From positions 3,472,001 to 3,536,000 of the forward strand of contig JBLDXI010000009.1 of NCBI GenBank assembly GCA_047495785.1: a DNA stretch of 64,000 nt, given 5' to 3'. Position numbers and translations under genes: made by a program. A model generated the notes under the pieces. The model had not been told where the DNA came from. It made no database searches and worked only from the letters and a program-made list of their open reading frames with translations. Shown piece by piece: positions 51,642 to 64,000 of the stretch (its first letter is position 1; each line of letters opens with the position of its first letter). The DNA is from Lepidodermella squamata. Its lineage: Eukaryota; Animalia; Gastrotricha.

Positions 51642-52767
51642 CTGTCTTCCATGAGGAAACCTTTGTCTATCTGCGTCGATGTTCGATCGTTCTGACGTCA
51701 TTTCTCGTTTCTCGGCCGAATGTGGTTAAAAGGTGTGAAGGCGTTTGGTTCCATATGCCTTGCACCCTACAAAGTGCTTAAATAGATTAAAGTGCTCGCT
51801 GATTGAATACCCGCCTTAACGATCTGGCTAATACCCATTCAGACAATTTTCAGCAAATCTTCACCAACAAGAATGCTAAGAACCTCAGCGTCAAATAGCC
51901 GAACCTGGTAAATCGTAAATTCGTCTTTTATATATCTAAATTTGACCAGCGTGAAGCAGATTATACCGGCATCATCATGAAACATTGGAATCGGCATTAT
52001 AAATCGGAAATATGGCGAAATTCGCCACGGTTGACCAGACGTGACTTGTTCATAATAACATGCGGCTAATATTTTAGTAATTTTTTACATCCAAAATGCT
52101 TTTTGGATGCAAAATCCGCTATAATTATCAAATTGCCAAATGTTGTGATTAAATTAAAATTAATAAATCCTCAAAGGCGAATGAATAAAACGAGTTACTG
52201 AACTAAGCTCGCCTCGTGTAGTGATAGCTGCCATCCAAAAGTTTTGGCACCGATATCTTACGTGAGCCGTGAGCCGTGAACCATGGCCATGAATCATGAA
52301 TATTGCAACTACCTGAAGGATACACAAGCCATATGCCACGACCTCAATGTGATTTAGCAACTATTTTATTTTTGACCATTTGGCTCCTTTTATTCCAGGC
52401 TTCTTTATGATCTCGCGTCGTACGTTTTTTGTAACGTCGTGAACACTGCTCTCGGCGCTCAAGGCGTCACAGTTTATTTTCCCAGCAATACCTGCTTTGA
52501 ACGAAGTCGCATTGATTAATTTAATTTCAAGTTGTGAGTTATGGCTTGCGCTGCTCCGGAAACTCCGTAGTAAATTCATTGTTCCTGATCATTTGCCTCT
52601 TTTGCATTGTGCGATCGCAATGTGAAATGGGGCGGGAGTCTGCTCTTTAATGGTGTTCAAAATAACCCGGATTTATTTTTAGATTTTTATAGCCGGTAAT
52701 TATGTCGTCTTCAGTTAAATGAAGAAGCGGAAGCGCAGTTCTATCTTGACTTCTTGATCCATCTAAC

Positions 52768-54901
52768 ATGGCCAGACAAAGTAAGTTGTTGCGCTGAATG
52801 TGCAATTTCCACGTTTATTCGCTTTCGCTTGGTTTTTATTCACGCGATTGATTACATTTTACTTTACGTAGATCGAGCTGCTCTGGCGGGATCGCCAGTT
52901 CCGCCCATTCCTGAGGTTCCCGAGGACCCCAGCGGTAGCGGAAATTCAAATTCATCCACCACAGGCGTTCAGCTCCAAAGAACTCTCAGGCTACACAATG
53001 GTGTAGCTATGATTGTCGGAAGCATCGTAGGCTCTGGCATTTTCATCACTCCAACTGGTGTTTTGAAAGAAGTGGGATCTGCCGGTGCATCGCTGATAAT
53101 CTGGCTCATTTGCGGCATCATTTCCACTTTGGGTAATTTAAAACATATTTCCACACATTTTTACTTGTAATAAAATATTTTGCGCTCAGGTGCTTACTGC
53201 TACTGCGAACTGGGAACAATGATTAGCGAATCTGGTGGCGATTACGCATATATTAAAAAAGCATTCGGAAAATTCATGTCGTTCTTGTGCTTGTGGGGCT
53301 ACGTGATGGTGATTTGTCCAACTGGCAATGCCGTCATGGCGCTAACATTCGCAAAATATACATTGTATCCTTTTGTCGCTGATTGTGTGGATGAAGGTTA
53401 GCTACTAAATTAACTAATATATTGCGTTATTACCTTACTGTATTTTCAGAATTTGCCGTAACTGTTCTTGCGATTATAATCACTTGTCTTCTTACGTTTA
53501 TCAATTGTGCCAACGTCAATTGGGCTAACAATGCTCAAGTGATATTTACAATAACCAAGGTACGAAATAACGTTGCTATTTCTTCCGATAGCATTACCGA
53601 CTTTTATGTGACCCTAGGTATTGGCGTTGACTATTATTGTCATAGTCGGATTCGTGCAACTTAGTACGTCATCGAACTTCGGTAGTTTTGCCGATGTATT
53701 TGGCAATACACAAAAGGACCCGGCACGATTTGCGTACGGATTCTATCAGGGGATTTTCTCTTTCTCCGGCTGGAATGCGCTTAACTTCCTAACCGAGGAG
53801 CTACAAAGTCCCGAGAAAAATCTTCCGCGAGCCGTGCTAATTTCAATGCCTCTGGTTACTGTAGTGTATTTACTGGTGAATTCCGCCTACTTTATTGTTC
53901 TGACTGTGCCAGAAATTCTGAGCAGCTCAGCTATTGCGATAAAGTTTGCCGAAGATCGATTGACTGGCCTTCACTGGCTTATTCCTATTTTTGTTGCTCT
54001 ATCGACCGTTGGCAGTTTACATGGCTCAATATACATTTCATCGCGTTTGTTTTTCGTCGGTGCTCGTGATTCGCTGATGCCCGATTTTCTGGCGCTCATC
54101 AATCTCAAGCACAAAACGCCGATCCCCGCTCTAATTTTCCAATGTTTGATTACTTTGATATACCTAGTCATCGGCGGGCGGGAAATTGAAAAATTGATGT
54201 AAGTTTGCCAGAGTTTTATTGACCGGAAGTTCATTATTGATCAATTTTTTTTCAGAAACTTTTGTTCGTTCGCTGAACTGGCTTTCATCACTTTTTCGCT
54301 GATGGGAATGCTCTTTCTCAAATGGCGACAGCCGGAGCAAAAGCGCCCTGTCAAGGTTCACGCTGTGTTACCAGCGGTGTTGCTTGTTTTCTTTGTGTAC
54401 TCGTTATTCGCGCCAATGATTGGCGACTCAAAAGAAAAGGTCCTCATTGGCATTGTTGTTCTCATTTCTGGTGCTCCGTTTTATTTCATTTGCCTGTTCT
54501 TCCTCAATAAGCAAGCGGCTGTTCAGCTGCACCTAGCACGGCTTACACTATTCGTGCAAAAACTCTTCCTATGCGTGCCTGAGACCGGCCCGCACTCTGG
54601 AAATCCGGATGGGTCCCCTATCGAAGTGGCGGCAAATGGCGATTCAGGCCACGGTCACAGTCAGATGCACGTGGTACGGACTGCGCCGGCTGGATCTTGG
54701 GGCATGCAAGATGACGTGATCTTGGAGGAGGACGAGGAAGAAGCGGAAGAGGAGGAGGAAACGAGGACAAGCAGCAAGTCTCCCACAATTCAGCTTCACT
54801 CGAGTCCAGCGGCTGGATCTGACAGTGGCGGCTCCGTTCTTCAACAGCGTAAACAAAATGGATTCGAACCCCATGATTCTTCATTGGTGGCTAATCGGTG
54901 A
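52768..54901 (+). CDS. SLC7 heteromeric amino acid transporter light chain (LAT/y+LAT-like)
   Basis: [45 protein letters not shown] (heavy-chain disulfide Cys), [34 protein letters not shown]; several short introns; first exon 52768-52780. Confidence 0.92.
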
Positions 54902-57404
54902 TACAAATCCACAACATTATATGAAAAATCGCGTTGTGCTTCTTTATTCTTAAACAATACTTGTACTATAAATTCATTAAATATATGTCAAATCAATCCT
55001 GAATGTTCTTTTCGAAAATGAGTGAGTTCACTTTCTTGCCCTTGTTGCTGATAAATGAGAAAAGATGAGTCGCATCAATTGTGCCCGGGCAGCAGAATAA
55101 TGTGCTTGTTATTCTAATTATTTAACGAGAATTCGGCTTGCTAAATATGCTAATTTTTAATATCAATGATAAGCTGCAATTTGGCCTCGTTTTTCGTTGA
55201 TTTTTATTCGGGCACTTTACACACAGAAGAAAAAATCTCCCACTCGATTGTTACAGTAAAAAACGCGTTTGTTTTTATCCGACAGATCTTTGTTTGTTAC
55301 AGATGATATCTTCCGGTAATTTGGAGAAAATAATGATTTTTCCGAATTATTCTCGTTTTCCTTCTGTGTTTTAGTGTACGATCATGGGCCAAAATTAAAT
55401 TTTGGTCGTAATAATTTTAATAATAATATAAATAAAGTGTACAGCTGCGCAGCATTTGAATGTTTTCATGTTATTACAACCAATACATCCTTAAAATTTG
55501 AAGATAATCCTTGGCCTCGTTATTATTTAGAACAAAACAGAATAGTACTTGACTTGGTGCTCTCGTTATTCTTGAGAAATTTGAGGCTATTCCATCTTGG
55601 TTTCAGTGAAGCGTTATGTTTCTTGAGCTTTATACGCCTGGTTATTGTTATCTCGATGGCACGTATTATTTTTTCTCGGCTAATCAGTAACATTTCGATC
55701 GCCTGCATCAGTAACGAAATTCCACTCCTCCTCTATTGTGTGCGCACTTCCATTTTTATTAGTCACTAGTCAATCAGTGAGACCTTTCTTAATAACCCAT
55801 TGAGTAAATATGAGAGCGAGAAAATACTAAATTTGTATAGAGAAATAATGAAAAATATTTTTCGTCGTTAACTCAAAGGCAGCGGCGATTGAAATGAAGT
55901 TTTATTATGAATTTCGCCTCTTTAAGAAATTGTACAGTAGGTAATAACGCATATGAAATCCCTGATTTATATTTTTACGTGGCTTTGTGAAAGATGAGTT
56001 ATCAAGCTTGATGCCTATGTAAATTTACAAAATTTACGGTGCGGTGTTTTTTACTGCTATACATAACCACTACTATATAATGAATCATGAATAACATGCG
56101 CACTAATACGTGCAAAATATACGCGATTGTTGTATATTGTGAAAATAAGAACGCCGTGCCGAGATAATGATGACAGCACAACAACTTGTAGTAGGGCCGG
56201 ATTACGCATGGATTTTTGGCATCCGGCTGCGCGCGTTCTGAATCTACCTTAAAAAGCGCGCCCTGACTCTACCTGCATCATCGTAACCAAGCCTGAAAGC
56301 TACCTCCACGCAATAATACACCGAGTTGAATAGAACTGCGATATAATAATAGGAAACAATAATAGCACTTTTCTTGTTGTAGAAAGGAACTTGTTAGCTC
56401 GCGTGTTCAACACCTATTGTTATCATCACTGCACGTCTCATCGTTTTCGATCGTGCGTATTATGACTTCTCATCTGCTGTTTCTGCCTGTTTTTGCTGCT
56501 GTCGTTGCTGCGAAATCGACGGTGAGCCAACTGTGTGTTGTAATAATATTATAGGAAAACAATTACTTATTAACCATAATTGTTATGCTTGCTAAGATTG
56601 TATGTCTGTACCTAAAATGTCTCGCAAAAAGTGCTTCGATGGCGATTAATACCTGTTACGAGTAATTTTTTGGCGATTCTCTCGGCTCGTTAAATTTTCT
56701 TATTCTTCTAAACGGCAACAACAATAATGTTATTACTGTTTATTGTGTTAACTTCCGCTTGTTTTTCTGGATGACGAAAAAATGAAGAGAAAATAAATCG
56801 AATTCAAAGATATCAAAAACACGCATTTTTTTCTTTGCATGATGCCAAATTTTATTACATAATCATGTTTATACAGTATAGTTTTCCGCGTGCTCCTTAC
56901 GCTTGAGGAAACTCAGCCATTATCACACGCACAATTATTACCTATAACTCATTAAACGTGATAGTAATCCAAGTGTCCAAGTATAACTGATTCATTCTTA
57001 TCAAGATAAAATTTATATTACCATAGTTTTACAATATTGGCAATCGTATCTTCAGGTTGTTCAATCAAAATCGATGCTGCTGAAAGATTATTCCGGTATA
57101 GTTATATACAGAGCCCGCGGCGAAACATAAAACGAAAAAAAACAGCACGCACTGCATAAAATCGATAAATTTTGAATAAAATTTGTTAAGAGATCATAAC
57201 TAGTATTCTAATTTTTACAATTAAGAGATCAACGGGATGACTGATTTTTTTTATCCTCAACAATGGACCATGTGAAATCAAATCCAATCAAACCGAAACA
57301 TGATGTAATACACACGCTCACGCTTGTTGATGATGCACTATACATAGTAGTTTATGCGAGAAATCAGTGTCAAACATAATTATTATTAATTACACTATAT
57401 CATT

Positions 57405-59510
57405 TCACTTCGAACCGCTAGTGCCCGATAGCATATGGGCGATTCGCTGCTCATTGCGCGTACAACTGCCTCGAACTGCCGTCACGGCATCCGCCATCTC
57501 AGCCAGTTGGCTGTCCAACTCACGCAACTGACCTCGAAGAGCCTCGACTTGTGCTGATGGAGCAGCGGCTGTACTCGCAGTCTTAGACCCTTTGTGCGCG
57601 TTCGGATTTGCGACCTGCGCTATTTGGGCGACGGCTTTTCGATGCTCCGCGCGCCACATGTTTAACTCGGTGTTCATTGCGTCCAAATCTTCCTGGACGA
57701 GTTCCGATAGCCGAGCGAGAGGCGCCGCTAGCCGGGCCGAGGTTTGTACGGATGCGCACAGCTTTTCCATCTCTCGCGTTACCAATTCACGTTTCCGCCT
57801 TAATGCTGCCTCATCAGCTGGAGACATTTTGACCGTTTTAGTGCCTGCTTTCGCGTCTAGTGCTTTTGTCGTATCGATGATTTTCTGAACGAGGGCGCCG
57901 TGTTGATCTTCATCAGCGCCTAGCAGTGTAGCGGCAGTACCGTCAGGAGCTCCCATTGAAACAGCACCGGGACCAGCTTCTCTCACGACAAATTCATCCT
58001 CCTCATCGCTGTCGCCCTTCGCCTTTTGAATGACGACTTTCGACTTCGGAGCAGAATCTGCAGCAGCGGGAGTTGCGAGTTTGCTTGTTTTTGAGGAACT
58101 AGTTGGCTCTACGTGGTTGTCGCTGGTCTCAGGGCCGGGCCTGGAACCTCTAGAACTAGGCACCCCGGATGGTTGACGGCCGCGGGCACTTGGTGGGCGA
58201 TTTAGACGGCGATTGGACTGCTGGTCGCCGCCCTGGTTTGCATCAGCGGTCGGCTGAGATTCGCCATCTGAATCTTCGCCGGGCTCGCCAGGTTTACGAG
58301 TATTGCCCCTTTCTCGACCAGCTTCGCGAGGTCGATTTTTAAGATTTGTTGTATCAGCAGGTCGTTCCGGTGACTCTTCTGAAAAATTTGGGCAACAGGT
58401 AAGTCTCAGGTTGGACACCTCTCCTAGCCTTTTAAAACATCAGTATTAACCGAGTGCAATCACTGGACCAATGTGTGGATTTTAAGAGTTTGACCTTTGG
58501 AAACACAATAATTACGAATGGCATTAAAGGGTTCGATGAGATAAGCCGACATGCATGTTATGCATGTGATGCCAGCATAGGTATTTAAAGGAATTTGTGC
58601 GATGAATTTGTGAAAAATCGACTCAGATGTACAAATATGTGACAAACCATTTTTAGAGAAGATGTCTTACATGGAATATATGGCTTTAATAAAATCTAAA
58701 AGCCAAGTTTAAATTGCTTACCTCGATTCTTTTTCGAGGGAGATTGTCCTCTTCCTTTCCCGTCACTCTTTGAAGCTGGAGGTTTTTCGCCATTTTCTTT
58801 TGGCTTCTCTTTCGCTTTAGACTGACTGGCAGGTTGAGCAGGGGGTTTTGCAGCAGGAGGTGGCTCTTTCCCTTTTGGAGGAGGTTTAGAAGGCGCGCTG
58901 TTGCTGCTTTGCGATGCAGGTTGAGGCGGCTTTTCGCCAGAAAGAAACCGTTTAACCATTACATCGTTGTCAACCTGCAAAAATACACTCTTAATTTGAA
59001 TCTAGAGTTATTTTCAGTGAATTGATACCTTTTTCGAAGCAGCTTCGGCGATAGCTTGCAGAAATTCATTGGTTTTGTCAGCTTCTTTGCCAGCAACTAC
59101 TTTGAGGGGGTTGGTTGAAATGGGATGACCGAGAACGAAAGCTAGAGCACATCATTAGTTCAGTTTTGAGAGCAATTGAACCAACAACTTACCAACGTAG
59201 TCGATTGTTTTTTGAAGAAATGCTACTTTCTGTTCTTTCTCCTTTACGTTATCAGATTTAAGGTCAGCTTCTGAGTGGAGGCCTTTCATAAAACCAGTGC
59301 CTCTCATAACCTGTAAACAGAATAATCAGCTCGTTTTTCAGCAGCATATTATGATGAACGTACCGCTGTGATTATGTCATGTAAAAAGCGAAAAGGAGGG
59401 CGAGCGAGCAGCTTTTCAGTTAGAGGCGGAGCTTTCACATATTTCCCAAGTTTATCCTGAGTTTCCTTAATCACACTCGGATCAACTGGAGCATCGTCAT
59501 TATCAGCCAT
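57405..59510 (-). CDS. TRAF3IP1: TRAF3-interacting protein 1 / IFT54 (MIP-T3)
   Basis: [70 protein letters not shown]-terminal coiled coil; multi-exon. Confidence 0.93.
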
Positions 59511-61105
59511 ATTTTCGTTAGCAACCATGAACTCGGGAACGCTAATAACTTATCATCTGTAACAGCATTAATTTTGCAAATCTATAAACAGGAATGATGA
59601 AGAGAGTGATTGGGGAAATAGATAGAAGGTGAATGGAGATTGCACTACGCGCCGAAAATTAAATGATCTACAACTAAATGGCTGTTCAATTTTAACAATC
59701 GACAGATTAAAAGGACGTGCAAGGACGTGACGTAAAAAGGTGCAATTTACTCCATGCTCTTCTATAAATGTGAACATGACTAGGTTACTGATAACATTCT
59801 TTAGAAAGGATTCGTTATTATCGTAAAACCAATGTAGAATGTTGAGTTTATTTATTTATTTCCATGTGGGGCTTAGAGAGTCAGCTACAACAATCCAAGT
59901 ACTGTATCAGACGGAGATATATATGATCTCAGCGAGCAGAGACAGATGTCGATGCAAAACCTTTTACCTTAAGCCTTTAAGCAAACGCCACAGATCAAAA
60001 TGTAAGACATCATAGCGAATGCCTGCTTGTACCCGCTTCGATAATAGAACTGGTAGGCTCCAGATTTCCAAAAATAATGCCAAGTTTTCATCCATTCGTT
60101 CCTAACAACTAGCTTGTGGTTGTTCTGGATCTCTCGGTGTCAATTGGATGGTACCGAAACTCACCCTTATGACATAAACCAAGCCATCTCATAGAAACGC
60201 AACATTCATTTTCACAGCTTTTCATATATTTATTCTCGTCACAAAACAATGTTGTCAATTTTGTGGAACTACAAAAATTCAATTTTGAATGGCGGGAATT
60301 TTTCCGTTTGAATCTTGACCAGATCTTGAAGGCAGGCGTTCTTCAGCTTTTCAGTCGTCGTTTTAGCGCAAAGACGTTGGGCCTTATTACTTATCATCGT
60401 TTCATCTTTCTAATGAGAACTGCCGAATCAGTTCCAGATTTACCCCAATGAAAATTGGCTCGTGTTTTTTGCGCGAGAATTGCCGTTTTATTGCATTCGA
60501 AATTGAAGTAACGAGTAAGGTTGGCATTTTAGCAAAACCCGGTCAGTCTCCTTCTTTAGTGGACCGGTTGCCTTATGTGCACAGTAGGTATTAGCTGATA
60601 GCGCCGTTTGATGTAATCATGGGTTTCTTGCTGGCAACAGGTCATTCTGAACGGTATGCGTGGCGTTTAGGGCTGCGAATTCTAAAACTGGCGAAATATA
60701 CACAGACTCGCATTAAAGTTTACAGTTTGATTCTGACTTCTTCCTTTGCCGATCCGCCAGTCGTAATTCATACTGAAAGAACTTGAACTGGATAGCTGGT
60801 TGCACGTTGGCCCGCCTGACGTGCTGATTGAAACGTTCGTGAGTGACCTATGTTGATAATCCACGTCGACATATTGGTAATCTTGGAAATGACCACTATA
60901 AAATCCTTTTTTCTTCTATCGTGGCTTGTTCGACGCTATTTTTTACTTCCAGATTATATCATTATATCAGATCCAATTGAACTGCCACTATTGTGGCTCG
61001 AATAGTGGTAATGAGTAATATTGTGCTGGCTTTATTATGTCACATTTTCCGCAGTTGTCATTGCCAATTGACGGATAATTTGCTTACAATTTAGACCATT
61101 TAAAA

Positions 61106-62395
61106 ATGGGAAAGTGCTCGAAAGATAAGCGCGATCCATACTATCGTCTGGCTAAAGAGCAAGGATGGAGAGCTCGAAGTGCCTTCAAGCTTCTTCACAT
61201 CGACGAAGAATTTCACATTTTAAAGGACGTTACGAAAGTCGTTGATCTTTGCGCTGCCCCGGGGTCTTGGAGCCAAGTTCTGTCGAAAAAAATGAGGTCA
61301 GCTCCTCTCATTTACTTCTCTGTGTCGATGAAATTATGTTTTAGGAACGGCGATCCAGCACATGATGCTGAAGTAAAAATTGTTGCTGTTGATTTGCAGC
61401 CGATGGCTCCCATTCCCGGCGTCATTCAGCTACAAGGTGACATCACCAAGGTTTGAATTAGAAGTGAACTGAATAGCTAAATATTTATCCACTTGAACTT
61501 TTCTTAGACCGAGACAGCTGAGAGCATTCTCAGCTATTTTTCCGGAGAAAGAGCCGATTTGGTCGTCTGTGACGGTGCCCCTGATGTCACTGGCATGCAT
61601 GACTTGGACGAGTATATTCAATCGCAACTATTAGTCGCCGCTGTGAATATAACAACTCACATCCTGAAAGAAGGGTCAACATTTGTTGCCAAAGTTTTTC
61701 GAGGGCGAGACGTCGCTTTGATTGTTTCGCAATTTCGAGTCCTCTTCGAAGATGTCGTAATTGTGAAACCGCGAAGTTCCCGCAATTCAAGCCTAGGTAA
61801 TGACCCTCTAAATCAAATGAATTGTATCAATCTAATTTCATCTTCAGAATCTTTTGTTGTTTGTCGTAAATACAAACCTCCCGCTGGATTCGTGCCATCG
61901 ATGACAAACCCCTTGATGACAGGAAATTTCGGTAAGATCCAGGATAGCCTAAATTCGATTGTCTCAAGTCTGCTAAAATACTAGATTGGTCCGAACTTGA
62001 AGGCGTGAATCGAATTATCGTTCCTTTCATTGCTTGCGGGGATATTAGTGGGTACGACGCCGATCGCAATTATGCACTTGAAGCAGTAAGTTGAACTTTA
62101 TTCACGAAATTGTTATGGTAAGCATTGATTGTTTGCTCTCCAGGGTGAAAACGGAAAGTACGACTTCAAACAACCCGTCCAAAGTCCGATCGCCCCACCT
62201 TATTCATTGGCTGTGAAACTTCGGCGTGAAAATAAACTCACCGGTACGGCTACGGAGAGTTCAATGAAAACTGCTGCATTTCAAGCTAAAAATTACACGC
62301 ATAAAGCTGCTGGTTCCGCGAAATCTGCTCAAAAAGACATTGCTGATGAAGATCCTGTTGTTGAAGATGTGATAGCTCTTGGAGAAATGTTTTAA
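61106..62395 (+). CDS. FTSJ1: tRNA (C32/G34)-2'-O-methyltransferase TRM7/FTSJ1
   Basis: [85 protein letters not shown]; multi-exon. Confidence 0.96.
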
Positions 62396-63428
62396 TTTGT
62401 GCCATTACAGCTTATTTTCGCGAATAAAAATTAGTAAAACGAATTGAAATCTATCGAAAGTGTTTTTTACTTCCGTTTTACTTCTGTTAAAGAGCCGTTC
62501 ATTGTGGTAAATTTTACGAAAAAGTCTGTAATGGGTTCCTATTCTTCATATTGCTCATTCGCTTTTATTAGCAAAATGCAGGATTCCAGGTAACTATGTG
62601 GTGACTCACATTATTTCACATGTTCTTGGAGAACCTTCATCAGTATCGATCGCGCACCGTCGTCGACGAGCGGGGATTACGGTTGCCTGTCCGTGCCTTA
62701 TTGTCACTTGTCTCGTTTATTTTCTTGTTACTGGACTTATTGAATGCTGATGGAAAGGACACAATAAAATATTCTTGTCATGTTTATCGAATCGCAAAAC
62801 ATCAATTTCTTCTTGAAGAATGTGGTAGTGAATCGAAAAGGAATTGGTTTTACACTCTGCCGAGGTGCACTATTAGGGTGAAGAATGGTGGCAGATTTAG
62901 GACAATAATACCCATGTAGGCCGTGCAACTGTCTTCGGTTTTATTTCAGCTTAAGAAAGTGTTGTCAGCTGCATTTACATGATCTAAATCAACACACCAA
63001 ATACTTTTCAAGTGAACCCATGATTTCAAAAATGCCCTTTTTTCATGGCAGAACCGCTGGATATTGGCTTTCTGAACTCGGTAATGCATCTGCCGAATTA
63101 CTAAACGTATCAGCAGCGTATATCTCCTGCCCAGCTTAGAAGCATTCACTCGTGTTAGTCAATACTTCGATTTTTTTTCAATTCACAATCAATCTTCAAG
63201 AGACGTTTTTCCATCAGCTAGAATAAATTTATTTTTGGCGTGCCTTGGGCATCATTATGCATGCTTCGCACGCACATCGACTATATACTTAGACTCAAGA
63301 ACTAATATTCGAGTTCAACCGGTCTTTCAAGACGCAACAATGCTTTTCTTTCAAATCAACATCGATTCTTAATTTATACTCGCTATGAAATATAGCGATC
63401 ATTCTTCAAAGTCCTCCAATCAGCTCGT

Positions 63429-64000
63429 TTATGGAGTAAGACGTTTGGGATCGCGGGGGAAGAGCGAAGTTTTACGGATGTTGTCAATGCCCAGGTACAA
63501 CATGGCAACTCGCTCAAGGCCAATACCGCCACCGGCGTGAGGCGGGCAGCCGTAGCGGAACGAATCGATGTAAGACTTGATCTTCTCTAGATCAATTTTG
63601 TGGTGCTTGGCACGCTCAGTCAGCATTGCGGAGTCGTGAATACGTTGAGCTCCACTGAGAATTTCCTCCCCACGCATGTACTACGAAAAAAATCGGATAA
63701 GCATGAAACGCAATGAAATAAATAATTAGTATACCATATCGTACGAATTTGAGTAATTAGAGTCGTTGGGGTCAATCATCGTGTAGAACGGACGAATAGC
63801 AAGAGGGAACTTGTCCAAGATGAAGAAATCAGTGTTGTACTTGGCGCGGACCAATTTTCCGAGCAACTTCTCTTGCGCGGTATTGAAGTCATCAAAATCG
63901 CCAATTTCGACACCCGCTTCACGCAGCATGACCAAGGCATCTTTGTATTCGAGTCTTAAGGAAGGTTCCAGGAACAAGAAATCCTCAGCGGGGTAAACTT
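63429..64000 (-). CDS. DARS1: Cytoplasmic aspartyl-tRNA synthetase, 3' part (runs off the window)
   Basis: [19 protein letters not shown]|[43 protein letters not shown]. Confidence 0.96.

Noticed and set aside
55000-57400. Short ORFs between the SLC7 gene and TRAF3IP1 (similarly 36600-39900 and 59600-61000)
   Set aside because: AT-rich, no motifs or consistent exon structure; likely UTR or intergenic.

Overview
Eukaryotic (invertebrate animal) genomic DNA with compact GT-AG introns of mostly 50-60 nt, so the ORF track shows exon pieces; I reconstructed genes by hand from splice sites. In order the window holds: degenerate pogo-type transposon and Penelope remnants, one with a hammerhead-like motif; a ~1142-aa secreted PAN/Ig-like/kringle mosaic protein (minus); a Golgi-type fucosyltransferase-like gene broken by a perfect 222-bp inverted repeat; and a head-to-tail array of seven intact, ~380-aa divergent Cys-loop ligand-gated ion channel genes plus one fragment and a LINE remnant (13.9-28.2 kb). 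After the array come a neuronal calcium sensor, a Trunk/PTTH-like cystine-knot ligand, an orphan single-pass membrane protein, VMAT, kinesin-14, an SLC7 light chain, TRAF3IP1/IFT54, FTSJ1 and the 3' part of DARS1. The most notable element is the channel array. Its subunits lack most of the acetylcholine-binding signature, are highly variable in the pocket loops, have almost no intracellular domain, and share unusual charged transmembrane residues. This suggests a lineage-specific ionotropic chemoreceptor repertoire analogous to cephalopod chemotactile receptors (inference).
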